Source: Saprolegnia diclina VS20 (taxonomy: Eukaryota). Taken from it: a DNA stretch of 64,000 nucleotides. Numbering within the stretch: position 1 is the first letter of the stretch; the number at the start of each line of letters is the position of its first letter. The stretch is from positions 620,169 through 684,168 of the forward strand of contig NW_008246080.1 in the NCBI RefSeq assembly GCF_000281045.1. The letters are read 5' to 3'. Positions 51,438-62,749 of the stretch are shown here, piece after piece. Under the pieces are notes generated by a model. The model worked only from the letters and a program-made list of their open reading frames with translations, made no database searches and was not told the origin of the DNA. The position numbers were made by a program, and so were the translations under genes.

Positions 51438-52532
51438 CTACTTCTGACCGCGGGCCGCCAACGTCGAGAGTTGCACTTGTTGCAAATGGCGCAAGACGAT
51501 GGCGATACTTGGTCGCAGGTGCTTGTCGTGCTGGAGACACGAGAGCGCGATCTTTTGGATGCGCATTGGGCACGACGGTGAGAGCTTGGGGCGGATCGCA
51601 CCGGCGGCGAGCTTCATCGCGAGTTCTGCTTGCTTCATCGTCGCCATTTCAGTCGCAAACGGGATGTCGCCCGTGTCGATCTCGGTCAAGAGCATCCCGA
51701 ACGCGTACACATCGATCTTTTCGTTGTAGTCTTCGCCGTCCATGAGCAGCTCGGGCGCCGACCACTGCAAATCACTCACGCCGCTCGTCATGTCGTACTC
51801 GAACGTCTGGTCGCGTGCAGCACCAAACCCGCTGAGCTTGGCCACATGCCGGTTGGTCAAAAGCACTTTGGACGCCTTGACGTTGCGATGAATGAGCGTC
51901 GGCTTGAGCGCGTGCATGGCCGCGAGCGCGGAGGCTATGTCGATGGCCAGCGAGAGCTTGCTGGATGACCAGCACAGCTTGGCAAATGCCTTGGGCGTGT
52001 TGAGGAGGTGGCGCAGCGTACGGCCTTCGACGTACTCGGTGACGCAGCACAAATCGTTGGCCGGCGTCGTCGAAAACCCAAGAAATTGGACAATGTTGGG
52101 ATGCGACATGCGCGTCATGGACGTGATTTCGGCCGTGAGCTTCTGGCGCATGACGTCTTGTTCGGCTGCCGTCTTGGAGCTGTCAACTGACTTGACAAGG
52201 ACGGGCTGGCCACACCAGTTGCTCATCTCGGTACGCAAGTACGAAGAATCGATCGGTCGGATCGGTACGATCTCGTTTGGCGCGATAAAGTACGTGCTCT
52301 GGAGCGGCGCGAGGGCCTCGATGTTCAACGTGAAAGTAGCAAGAGGCGGCTCCGGCGATGGCTCCGGCTTGAGAAGCTTCGTGTAGCGAGTCGGGGTCGT
52401 TGTTGGCGTACGAGGCAGGTAGCGCGGTGTCGTTGCTGACGTTGGCGTGCGAGGCGTGTGACGCGATGACGTTCGTCTCTTGCTGGGTGTCGTCGGGTTG
52501 GACTTGTTTGCCTTCGAGTGTCTGCTGCCCAT
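51438..52532 (-). CDS. TKL-family pseudokinase A, N-myristoylation motif
   Basis: MGSRHS start; 'HPNIVQFLG', 'IHRNVKASKVLL', 'AKLSGFG', 'WSAPE', 'DVYAFG'. Confidence 0.88.
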   Translation of the reverse strand: MGSRHSKANKSNPTTPSKRRTSSRHTPRTPTSATTPRYLPRTPTTTPTRYTKLLKPEPSPEPPLATFTLNIEALAPLQSTYFIAPNEIVPIRPIDSSYLRTEMSNWCGQPVLVKSVDSSKTAAEQDVMRQKLTAEITSMTRMSHPNIVQFLGFSTTPANDLCCVTEYVEGRTLRHLLNTPKAFAKLCWSSSKLSLAIDIASALAAMHALKPTLIHRNVKASKVLLTNRHVAKLSGFGAARDQTFEYDMTSGVSDLQWSAPELLMDGEDYNEKIDVYAFGMLLTEIDTGDIPFATEMATMKQAELAMKLAAGAIRPKLSPSCPMRIQKIALSCLQHDKHLRPSIAIVLRHLQQVQLSTLAARGQK

Positions 52533-53331
52533 GTTGGTGCCGTGTCGAGTTACAATGTGAAAATGAACCAAACGCATCGATCTTCTGGCACTTGATTCAA
52601 AACCGCCCACTCGACTTGATGTTTTGGCGCGCTGTTGATTGGCCAGTGCATTGGTGGTTGGAACCAAGCCCAAGAAATTCAGTAATGTGGCCGGCAGGTG
52701 GACAGGAAGAGTGTGTGCGCAATCTGTAGTAGAATGATGGTCTTGGTCACACTGAAACTGAAATGAAAAAGGAATTCAAATGAAAATGAATAAGGTCGTG
52801 GCCGGGAAATGCTAGCATCTTCATTGCCAGCGATAAAAGATGCGTGGTCGAGTGGGTTCTGACGTAAGAACATTGTCTGTATCGGACACCGTGAAATGTC
52901 GAGCCGCTGCTGTCAATGTAGTCCTGGCATTTGGTCTTGCCGCCGCTACCTTGAGACGAAACTGATTTTCAATCAATCAAATGTGTTGACGTTGAAATCA
53001 AAGTAGCAAAAGCTAACTCAAAGACTTCGCATACGTAGCGCTACGCCTGAATGCGTGGGAGTTGGCACCAGCACTTGATCGTTGGGAGTGAGCTGCACAC
53101 GGAGAGGTACATCCCGTGGTGGACCCCACTCGCCAAGTCATAGCTCGCGCGACGTCGTACGCAGGCTCCCGTACTCGAACCACTGATGTTATATCGTGTC
53201 GATGTCGGAAATGACTCCTGAAGGCATTGGAATCTCTTCCGCCGTAAAAAATAATGCGTCTCGCAGAGCAGAATCAGCTTTCATCCTTCCCGTTCCTTGC
53301 ACTGCAGTCTTTTAGTTTTTTAACCGTTCTA

Positions 53332-54387
53332 TTATGGTACGTCGTTTTCACATTCTTTTTCAAGGGCAATCTGGGCGTCTTGGAGCATGGCGAGCACCTT
53401 GTCACTGCGCGGGCGCAGTCGCGGGTCTTGCTGGAGGCACTGCGTCACGATATTCCGAATGACCTGCGGGCACGTCGGCGACAGTTTGGGCCGAAGGACG
53501 CCAGCCGTGATCTTGGCCCTGAGCTCGTCCTGCTGCATCGAGGCCATTTCCGTCGCAAACGGAATGGCGCCCGTGTCGAGCTCGGTCAAGAGCATCCCAA
53601 AGGCATAGACGTCCACTTGCTCGTTGTAGTCTTCGCCGTCCAAGAGCAGCTCGGGCGCCGACCACTGCAAATCGCTGACGCCGCTCGCCATGTCGTACTC
53701 GAACGTCTTTTCGCGCGCGACGCCAAAGCCGCTGAGCTTGGCGATCTTCTCGGACGTCAAAAGCACTTTGGACGCCTTGACGTTGCGATGAATGAGCGTC
53801 GGCTTGAGCACGTGCATGGCCGCGAGCGCCGAGGCAATGTCGATAGCGAGTGCGATCTTCTCCAGGCCCCACGTGAGCCGCTCCAAGACGTTACGGTTGT
53901 CGAGGAGGTGGCGCAGCGTCCCGCCCTCGGCAAACTCGGTGATGCAGCACACGTCCCGGTTCGGCGTGATGTAAAAACCGAGAAATTGAACAATGTTGGG
54001 GTGGTTCATGCGCGCCATCGACTGGATCTCGGCCGTGAGCTTCTGCCGCATGCGCGCTTGCTCCTCGTCCGACCGTGTCGTGTCGACCGACTTGAGCAGC
54101 ACCGGCCGCCCGAGCCAATGCCCCACCTCGGTCTTCATGTACGAGGACGGAATAGCTCGGACGCGCGCTACGTTTTGGGGCGGAATGTAGTAGGCAATCT
54201 GGAGCGGGTCGAGCGTATCGGCGTCGGCCCAGTCGGCGCTGTGCACGGAATTGCGCCCCGTCGCCCGCATCGACACGGAGGGCACGTGCAGCGAGGGCTG
54301 CGGCACGGCGGGCGCCGACGACGCCCGCTGCCGCGCCGTGTCGTCGTCACCGGCGCGGGACGACAGCGTACTGTGGTTGCAGCCCAT
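53332..54387 (-). CDS. TKL-family pseudokinase B (paralog of A), myristoylation/palmitoylation motif
   Basis: MGCNHS start; same HRN, ASK and SGFG substitutions; strong DNA similarity to 51438-52300. Confidence 0.88.
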   Translation of the reverse strand: MGCNHSTLSSRAGDDDTARQRASSAPAVPQPSLHVPSVSMRATGRNSVHSADWADADTLDPLQIAYYIPPQNVARVRAIPSSYMKTEVGHWLGRPVLLKSVDTTRSDEEQARMRQKLTAEIQSMARMNHPNIVQFLGFYITPNRDVCCITEFAEGGTLRHLLDNRNVLERLTWGLEKIALAIDIASALAAMHVLKPTLIHRNVKASKVLLTSEKIAKLSGFGVAREKTFEYDMASGVSDLQWSAPELLLDGEDYNEQVDVYAFGMLLTELDTGAIPFATEMASMQQDELRAKITAGVLRPKLSPTCPQVIRNIVTQCLQQDPRLRPRSDKVLAMLQDAQIALEKECENDVP

Positions 54388-54822
54388 TCGGCTGTGCGAT
54401 TGAAAATGCCATCGAAAGCATGTGCGCGGAGTGATGCAAACTCACAATCCAACGACTGCGTTCAGCCACATTGATACTTTTCCTTGGATCGGATTGGCCC
54501 ATTTTCTGAAAAAGATACTTGGATGCGCCTGTGATTGGCGGATGCGGCTGGGTGTCTATCACTCCATCAAGCGTGGGGCAGAAAGCGTGCGCGGCCGTGT
54601 TCAACACTGATGGCCTCTGGTCGCGATTGCGAAATTTCGACGTCGTCGCTGAGGTCGAGTAGATTTATTCTAGTCACTGAGCGTGTCGCGCACCCGAGTC
54701 CGAGTCTAGCGCCGTGCGCCTACCGGTATCTTCAAACTTTAGTCCTGCTCGGGTGCCATGTTGTTCGGAGTATACTAGTACAGAACGAGCCATCTCATAC
54801 GATTCAATGGTCAGTTGCCAAC

Positions 54823-55649
54823 ATGGTCACTAGCGAGTGCTTGACGAAGATGACAACAACGGCCGATCCTGTGCAGCCCATCCACCGAGCGATCGAGGCT
54901 CTGGACTGGCAAGCCGCGCAGACCACCCTCAACGTCATCGACAACGACGGCTTTTGGGTTTGCTCTGCGACCGAGGCCGACTGAGATCGCTACGTCGAGT
55001 CGGAGGACCAAGAGATGAAATCGCACTTTTTTGAGTTTCGAGACGACTCAATTTACCTCATCGAGATGGCCGGTAGACTCCACGGCAGCATTGCGGAGGG
55101 CATCGACGACGCGATGCTTGAAGCCACGAAGCCGGAGGTCACGGGGACATACGATCGAGTCCTCCGGGAGCGCCGCGACGCGTACGTCGACACGACTCAC
55201 GAACCAGCGGCAAACAAGCTACCGAAGCTCGAGCCTGACTGCAGCTACGGCCCAGCACTCGACATTGGCGCCATCAAACCTCCCCACGTCCACAGAACTG
55301 AGTTCCATACGCTCAAGATTGAGGTCGGCATCAATGAAGGCTGGTGATGCATGGACCGCAAGGTCGTCCAGTACTGCCGCTTTCCCGGTCTGCGCTACGT
55401 GCTCTGCATCTTCGTGTCGCCCGACATGGGCATCCGCGAGTACAAGCTTTTCTCAATCACCAACAACCAGCTGATGGGCCAACCCCCGACCTCGTCAACC
55501 CGATTCCAATCACAGCCGCTACGCGCATCGTGCTGGACAGTCGTCGGCTCTTGGCGCTGCCTAACGAAATGGCTCTTCCCGGGCGCTTTCCCCCCGAGTT
55601 GGTCCTTGATGTCCACCCGATCTTGGAAGACGCCTCGCTCGAGGAGTGA
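54823..55649 (+). pseudogene. Uma2-like nuclease copy 3, pseudogene
   Basis: Colinear with 60342-61199 but has TGA at 54982 (TGG in paralogs), TGA at 55345 (CGA in paralogs) and a frameshift near 55472. Confidence 0.88.
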
Positions 55650-55812
55650 CAACGTCTCGTCTGAGATGACACTCTGCAGCACCGCTACCCCAAGAGTCAT
55701 GGTGCCAGGATGACTGCCAAGGCGATGATGCCGGTTGTCTCGCATTGGCGCTCGCGACGACATGCATACTCGACCTCTTCTTACTTCGTATATTGTATCA
55801 AGTTGATATCTA

Positions 55813-58800
55813 CTACGCGTGGTCGCTGTACTCGTCGACGCGGCAGTACGGGCAGCAGCCTTGGCGCAAGTGCTCAAACTCAAAGTCGTCGTCATGGAAG
55901 AACATGCGGCAGCTGGGCGAGAGGTGCACCTTGATATCCGGGATCATGTTCTTGTAGTACTTGTAGCGCAGCGCTTTTGTTGGGTATTTCACGACAAACA
56001 CTTCGTTGGGTTGTCAAAAGCACTTTGGCGTCAACGAGCAGCACGCGGTACGGGGCACCCCGACCATGCCCGCCCTGCTTGTTGAGCGCGCGCTCAAACA
56101 AGTTGCCCGTCGGCTCGTCGTCCGTCGCTTGGTCGTTGAGCTGCATGCTCTGCGCGCCGCCGTGGTCGGTCGTCTTCCACTTGTCGTTGATGTCGCCGTG
56201 CTCGCCATGTTGGATCGACGGCAACGTCTCGATGAGCGCGACCGCCTCGTCGTCGCTCAAGTCGGCTGTCGGTGCAAACTCGACCAGCGGCAAGTTGTCA
56301 AACGACAGAAACGACCGCACGAACGGGTGGGCCGAGTTGACGCAGACGTCGCCGCCGTTCGTCGGGTGCAGAAGTGGGTTGGTCGTCGACGACCGATAGT
56401 CGATCGGCAGCAAGTCGTCGCGATCCGAATACGGCTTGGTTTGAATCACCATGCTTGTCAGATCTATCGTCTGTTGCCACTCGGGCCGGACGCGCATCGT
56501 CTGGAGCCGCTCGTACATCAGGCGCGCCAGCTTGAACGCCTCGAGCTGCTGCGCGTGCTGCGCCAATGTAAACGCAATGCGTGCGATCGAGATGCCCGGG
56601 GGTGGCTTCTCCTTGCCAATGACGTTGAGGAGGAACCGCGACGCGTGGAAGAGGGTCTCGGGCTGCAGCGTCGTGAACGGCTCGTCCGTGTAGGCAAAGA
56701 TGAGGCTGTACGCATGATAAATCTTGCCGTCGACTTCGTGCGATAACGCCGAATGAAGGGTCTTTTGGTCGTCGGCCGTCAACGTGTCGGGCGACGCCGC
56801 TTTGATTGACCCGAGCATCTCGTCGCAGATGCGCCAGTGGTAGTACGATGCGTCCTTGAAGCGGGTTTCAACGACGGCCGACGCAATGAGCTCGTCGAGG
56901 AGCGCCATGCACTTCTCCGGTCGCTTGGCGAGCGTGTAGGCGCCGAGGGCATCTTCAAACCGATCTTGGGTCGTGAGCCATTCCGCGTACGGCACGTAGA
57001 CATCGGCGAGGTTCTTGACCTTGTCCTTGTGCTACACGATGGACCATGCATGTCCATTCTAGCGACAGTCATCGCCGTACCTTTTGTGCCAATCGAACCG
57101 CTTCTTCCCACTCGTGGCAGTCAATGTGCATCTTGAGTAGCGCGTCAAAGTTGCCAATCTGCGGTAAATATGATTCGATGGAGTTGACACATTGATAGAT
57201 CGATACCTTGACGTAGACGTCGCGGCACTGCTTGAATTTGCCGGCCTTGTAGAGGTAGTCGGCGCAGAGGGCGAGCACTTGGCTGTCGGCGTCTTGGCGC
57301 TGGACGACCTCGACCAAGTCGTTGTGCCAGCCGCGCGCGCCCATAATCTGCACCGCTTTGAGGAGGTTGCCGCTCGCAAGGTACATTTCCGAAGCCGCGC
57401 GCCAGTCGTGGACGTCCTCGGCCCACTTGGCTTGGTCCAACACGAGCTGCTTGACGTCGATCGCCTTGCTCTGCGCTGCAAACTTCTTGGCTTCGTCCCA
57501 CATGCGCAGGTCCGAGAACATTTGGATCGCGCGTCCGACTTCGTCGGCGTCCATGAGCACTTTGGCCGCCAGCTGAAACTTGCCCTGGTACGCGAGGATC
57601 TCGGCTTGCATGAGCATCTTGTGCTTCTTGTCGACGTCGGGCGCGGGCGACGTGGCCTCGTGCGCCTTGCGCGTCGCTTCGAGGTTGTTGACCAGCTCAA
57701 TGTAGCGAATGTCGCGGACGCGGACAAAGCCCTTGCGCGCAATCTCAAAGTTCATGTGTTTTCTACCATAGTCATCTTGATACACGATTGATAGATTGAT
57801 AGACTGATAGATAAAACGTACAGGGCTTCCCAGGCGAGAAACCGCCAGTCGCTCTCTGTGACGCCGAGGCACGCGACGCTGTACGCAAGACCAAACTCCA
57901 TTTGCTCGACGTAGCGATAGAGTGGCGCCGACTGCGGTACGTCAATGGCCTACGAGACAAACTCAATATCCTTGCTTTGTATCCAGACGTGGAATGGATC
58001 GATCCATCGACACATGGATAGATAGATACCTGCACGGTGAGCGCGTGCAGACAAAATACTTTGGAGCCAGTAAAACCAACGACAAAGCCCTGCATGCGCT
58101 GGCTGTGCACGGGAAAGTTGCCCGTCTTGATCTTGAGTTGGCCGTTGCCCGCAAAGCAGAGCATGTCTTCGCACTCGTTGTTCCACGCGACGCTGTTGGC
58201 GCCCTTCTCTTCGTACAAGAGCTCTTTCGTCACCTACATGTCGCAACACTCAGCATAAATCCCTAATACTCCACAAAAAAATTGGCTATAAAATAGTACC
58301 AAGTTGTACACGAGGCAGTTGTTGCTGTCATCGACCACCGCGAGCTTTTCCCGGCTACAGCCACCATGGTTCATTCCCACTCAACAACAAGAGGGACGTA
58401 CTTGGCCGAAATATCGAGGCAAACGATCGCGTTGGGTTGCTTGATGAGCGGGATTGGGAATGGATTGTCGATAAAGATTTGGAATACACTGCCGTCCTTG
58501 AGGCCGACAAGGAGACCTTCCTTGCCTTTGGCGCCGCCCGTCACGGTGATGTACCGAATCGGCGCTTCCAAAATCCACTCGCGCTCCTTCTTGCCAGCGA
58601 AATTGTACTGCTGCAATTTGCGCTGCTGGCACAAGATGAAATGCAGTGACGTCACGACAAGGAGGGAGCACGGGAGGTCCTTCTGGATGCGCTCGCGGAC
58701 GCGGTAGTGCATGTCGTACGACGTCTCGTTCGTGAGCTCGTAAATGATGATGCGGTCTGAGAGCTGCACGGCGAGGCGGTCCCGGTACACGGCAATTTTC

Positions 58801-60018
58801 TTGACGTAGTCGCGCGACTTGATGCGGACTTTCTAGGATTTTTCATGAATTTTTAATGGATTTTGTGCATTTTTGAACGGTACTTGGTCGGTCATGAGGT
58901 GCTGCACAATGACATCGGTCATGTTCTCGCGGTACGAATACCGTTCCTGGAAAATGCCGTGCACGGTGCCAAAGACAATATTGTACACCGCGATCGTGCC
59001 GTCGTCGCTGCCGATCGCGATCGCGTTGGCCTTTGGTCGTGCTTTGGCGGCCCAGACCCACGCGCCCGTGTCGCAGATGCTACGCACATATTGCATTAGA
59101 CCACATGGAAATCAAATTCGAATGTTCGTACTCGGCGAGGAAGATGCCTTCTTTAGTAAACAAACTCGCCTTGTGGTTGGAGCCGCTCACAATGAGGTAC
59201 TTGCCCTTGCTAGACGGACGACCGTCTCAACAACAAGACAACTTGGCATAGAATGACACGACGTACTGGTAGTAGCTGACGCAGCACGGATCAAACTGCA
59301 GCTTGCGGTCCTTGCCCACGGGCGTGCCATTTGCTTGGTAGAACGACATGGTGCGATCCCAGCACCCGACCGCAAGGATCTCGACCTCGTCGTCCCGGCA
59401 CGGGCTCCAGCAGATGGTCCAGATCGGCGCGCTGCGCTCGATGAGCGCCTTCTCGCCGCCCTGCTTGTCGCGCAAGAGGATCTGCCCGTTGAAAAGGCCG
59501 AGCGCGAGGAGCTCGCCGTCAATGCTCCAGCTCGCGCAGAGGATCTTGGAGACAACCTTGTGCTTGGCGACCGACTTTTGCTCGGGCGACCAGAGGCCAA
59601 AGTCGGCGGACGTGCAGCTCGCGAGGCACTGCGACTGCGGGTTGTACACGACCTTTTGGATGCTTTCGTTGTGCGTGTACTTGAGGATGCCCTCGGCTTT
59701 GTCGGTCCAGATGATGACAACGTTGTCGGCGCCGCCGGACGCAAACCGCTTGCCATCGTGTGCATAGTCGACAGTATACACCGTATCCTTGTGGCCTAGA
59801 TAGGAGTACATGTACGATGACGTCGCTGGTGTCGGCCAAAGAGGCGTACCTTTGAGCGAGTGCAAGAGCGTTCCGTTGGTGGCGTCGTAGATCATGACCC
59901 GGTTGCCAATGGCGGCGACGAGCTGCGAGCCGTCGGGGTGGAAGGCCAGGTCCTGCACGACGACTTTCGTGCCATTGCGGTCGGGCACCTTGTCGGACCA
60001 CGCAAGGTTCGTGCGCAT
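55813..60018 (-). CDS. IFT122: Intraflagellar transport protein 122 (IFT-A, WD40/TPR), multi-exon
   Basis: '[11 protein letters not shown]', '[23 protein letters not shown]', '[13 protein letters not shown]', 'MQGFVVGF', 'MFSDLRMW', C-terminal 'GCCPYCR'; apparent frameshift near 56010. Confidence 0.93.
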
Positions 60019-60341
60019 GCTGCGGCGACTGGTCGGGCGACGCTTGACAAGATTTTGCGATCTGTCGAAAAAGCCCCACCGTCCAGTTTGGGTGATTTTT
60101 GTAAAGAGCTATGTCTTCAACGAGCCCGTATCTAGATGCACGCAAGTTTACATCCGCCAATCGGACGCGCGCTAGGCCTATCAATGGGTTTAATATTAGC
60201 CAATGGAATGCTTCCTCGCATGACACGCCATTTCGAGCCCAAATCCGGATACCACTTCATGAAAATAGCCAATGAGATGGCTGCACACAAAAAGATCGTT
60301 CGATATCCGGATATTGAGACCAAGGTTCGTCAGTTGCCAAC

Positions 60342-61199
60342 ATGATCGCCGTAGCGTGCTCGACGAAGGCGACGGGCGCCAAGCCAGCCGGACGCGCGCC
60401 CCGCGCTGACCCTGTGAAGCGCATCAACCGAGCGATTGAGGCTCTGGACTGGCAAGCCGCGCAGGCCGCCCTCGACGTCATCGACAACGACGGCTACCGG
60501 GTGTGCTCTGCGACCGAGGCCGACTGGGATCGCTACGTCGAGTCGGAAGAGCAAGAGATGAAATCGCGCCACTTTGAGTTTCGAGACAACTCGATATTCC
60601 TCATCGAGATGAGCGGTGGACTTCACGGCAGCATTGCGGATGGCATCGACGACGCGATCAAGGAAGCCACGAGACCAGAGGTCACGGGGACGGAGCATCG
60701 AGTCCTCTGGGCGCACCGCGACGTGTACGTCGACACGACCGACGAGCCAGCGGCAAACAAGCTCCCGAAGCTAGAGCCCGACTGTAGCTACGGTCCAGAT
60801 CCCGACATTGGCGCCATCAAACCTCCCCAAGTCCGCTGGAACGAGTTCCATACGCTCAAGGTCGAGGTCGGTGTCTCTCAAGGCTGGCGAAGTATGAACG
60901 CCAAGGTGCTGCGATACTGCGCATTTCCAGGCATTCGCTATGTCCTCTGCGTCTTCGTCCCGCCTGACATGAGCGTACGCCAGTACAAGCTTTTCTCGAT
61001 CACCAACAACCAGCTTGAAGGGCCAGCCCCAGACCTCGTGGCTCCGATTCCGATCACGGCCGCTACGCGCGTGCGAATGGATGGGCGCCGTCTCTTGGCG
61101 CTGCCGGACGACACGGCCCTTCCCGGGCGCTTTCCCCCCGAGTTGGTCCTTGATTTGAACCCGATATTGAAACGAGCCTCGCGCCTCCATACAAAGTGA
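60342..61199 (+). CDS. Uma2-like nuclease copy 4 (intact, 285 aa)
   Basis: Complete ORF with 'FEFRDNSIFLIEM...H', 'KLEPDCSYG', 'TLKVEVGVSQGW' and 'GIRYVLCV'. Confidence 0.8.
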   Translation: MIAVACSTKATGAKPAGRAPRADPVKRINRAIEALDWQAAQAALDVIDNDGYRVCSATEADWDRYVESEEQEMKSRHFEFRDNSIFLIEMSGGLHGSIADGIDDAIKEATRPEVTGTEHRVLWAHRDVYVDTTDEPAANKLPKLEPDCSYGPDPDIGAIKPPQVRWNEFHTLKVEVGVSQGWRSMNAKVLRYCAFPGIRYVLCVFVPPDMSVRQYKLFSITNNQLEGPAPDLVAPIPITAATRVRMDGRRLLALPDDTALPGRFPPELVLDLNPILKRASRLHTK

Positions 61200-61452
61200 C
61201 GTCGTCTCGTCTTGGATCCGACTCTGCGCTCATACCACCACCACGTTTTGCTATAATCAGAAAAACATCCATTTTGCCTTGCATTCTTCCGAGGCGCTAC
61301 TACTGGCATGACGTGGCACGGTGCCGATGACGGTGCCAATGGTACCGGTTGTCTAGTATTGGCGCTTGCGACTCCATGCACCGTCCGAACCTCCTCATAC
61401 TTCGTGTATACAATCGCCTTGTTGAGTCGCGCAAATTATCAAGTTGATACTA

Positions 61453-61539
61453 TTACGCGTGGTCGCTGTACTCGTCGACGCGGCAGTACGGGCAGCAGCC
61501 TTGGCGCAAGTGCTCAAACTCAAAGTCGTCGTCATGGAA
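61453..61539 (-). pseudogene. Duplicated IFT122 3'-terminal fragment
   Basis: Matches 55813-55899 (FHDDDF...SDHA) except for a TAA rather than TAG stop; runs into the gap. Confidence 0.85.
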
Positions 61540-61754
61540 NNNNNNNNNNNNNNNNNNNNNNNNNNNNNNNNNNNNNNNNNNNNNNNNNNNNNNNNNNNNN
61601 NNNNNNNNNNNNNNNNNNNNNNNNNNNNNNNNNNNNNNNCAACCAGTGTTGTCGTTGCGCATCAAGGCAGCAAGAAAGAGAACGCCACCGCACGAGACAT
61701 CGCAGTGAGGTTGTATCCGGATAGCAACGTTGCCCGAGTGGAATCGGTCTCAAG

Positions 61755-62592
61755 ATGGTCATGCCTCCAACAGCAGCGACAACGAACCCCGAGACGATCG
61801 CACGTGATTCTGTCGACCCAGTGAAGCGCATCAATCGAGCGATCGAGGCTCTGGACTGGCAAGCCGCGCAGGCCGCCCTAAACGTCATCGACAACGACGG
61901 CTTTTGGGTCTGCTCTGCGACCGAGGCCGACTGGGATCGCTACGTCGAGTCGGAAGAGCAAGAGATGAAATCGCGCCACTTTGAGTTTCGAGACGACTCA
62001 ATTTACCTCATCGAGATGAGCGGTGGACTTCACGGCAGCATTGCGGATGGCATCGACGATGCCCTCCGCAATGCTGCCGTGAAGACCACCGGCCATCTCG
62101 ATGAGGTAAATTGAGTCGTCTCGAAACTCAAAAAAGCGCGATTTCATCGCTTGGTCCTCCGACTCGACGTTGCGATCCCAGTCGGCCTCGGTCGCAGAGC
62201 AAACCCAAAAGCCGTCGTTGTCGATGGCGTCGAGGGCGGCCTGCGCGGCTTGCCAGTCCAGAGCCAAGATCGCTCAGGCTGGCGAAGTATGAACGCCAAG
62301 GTGCTGCGATACTGCGCATTTCCCGGCATTCGCTACGTGCTTTACGTCTTCGTCTCGCCCGACATGCAAGTGCGCCAGTACAAGCTTTTCTCGATCACAA
62401 CACGAGCTGGAGGGGCCAGCCCCAGACCTCGTGCCTCCGATTCCGATTCCGGGCGACACTCGTATCGTGCTGGACAGTCGTCGGCTCTTGGCGCTGCCTA
62501 ACGACAAGGCTCTTCCCGGGCGCTTTCCCGCCAAGTTGGTCCTTGATTTGAACCCGATCTTGGAAGACGCCTCGCTCGAGAATACGGAGTGA
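61755..62592 (+). pseudogene. Uma2-like nuclease copy 5, rearranged: catalytic core replaced by an inverted 5' segment
   Basis: Forward 61755-62056, inverted paralog segment 62057-62275, forward 3' part resumes at about 62276 (GWRSMNAK...) with a later frameshift. Confidence 0.85.
61837..62275. repeat. Long fold-back palindrome (219-bp arms, 1-nt spacer at 62056)
   Basis: Centre GGCATCG-A-CGATGCC; arms align without gaps with about 17 mismatches by manual count. Confidence 0.9.
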
Positions 62593-62749
62593 TGACCTCG
62601 TCTCGTCTTGGACCCGACTCTGCGACCGTAATCAAAACAACATCTAGTTTGCCTTGTTATTCCCAGACGCTACCACTACTCTCACGTGTCACGGTGCCAG
62701 CCAAGGCGGTGATGCCCGCATACAGTTCGGTTGGGTATCCGATGCGCTA

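Noticed and set aside
57785..58030. GATA-rich repeats and a small TGGATCGATCCA palindrome
   Set aside because: They lie within IFT122 introns and look like simple low-complexity sequence.
54823..61199. Nuclease copies as a classical composite DNA transposon around IFT122
   Set aside because: No terminal inverted repeats, target-site duplications or DDE/HUH transposase motifs were seen; tandem duplication explains the pattern better.
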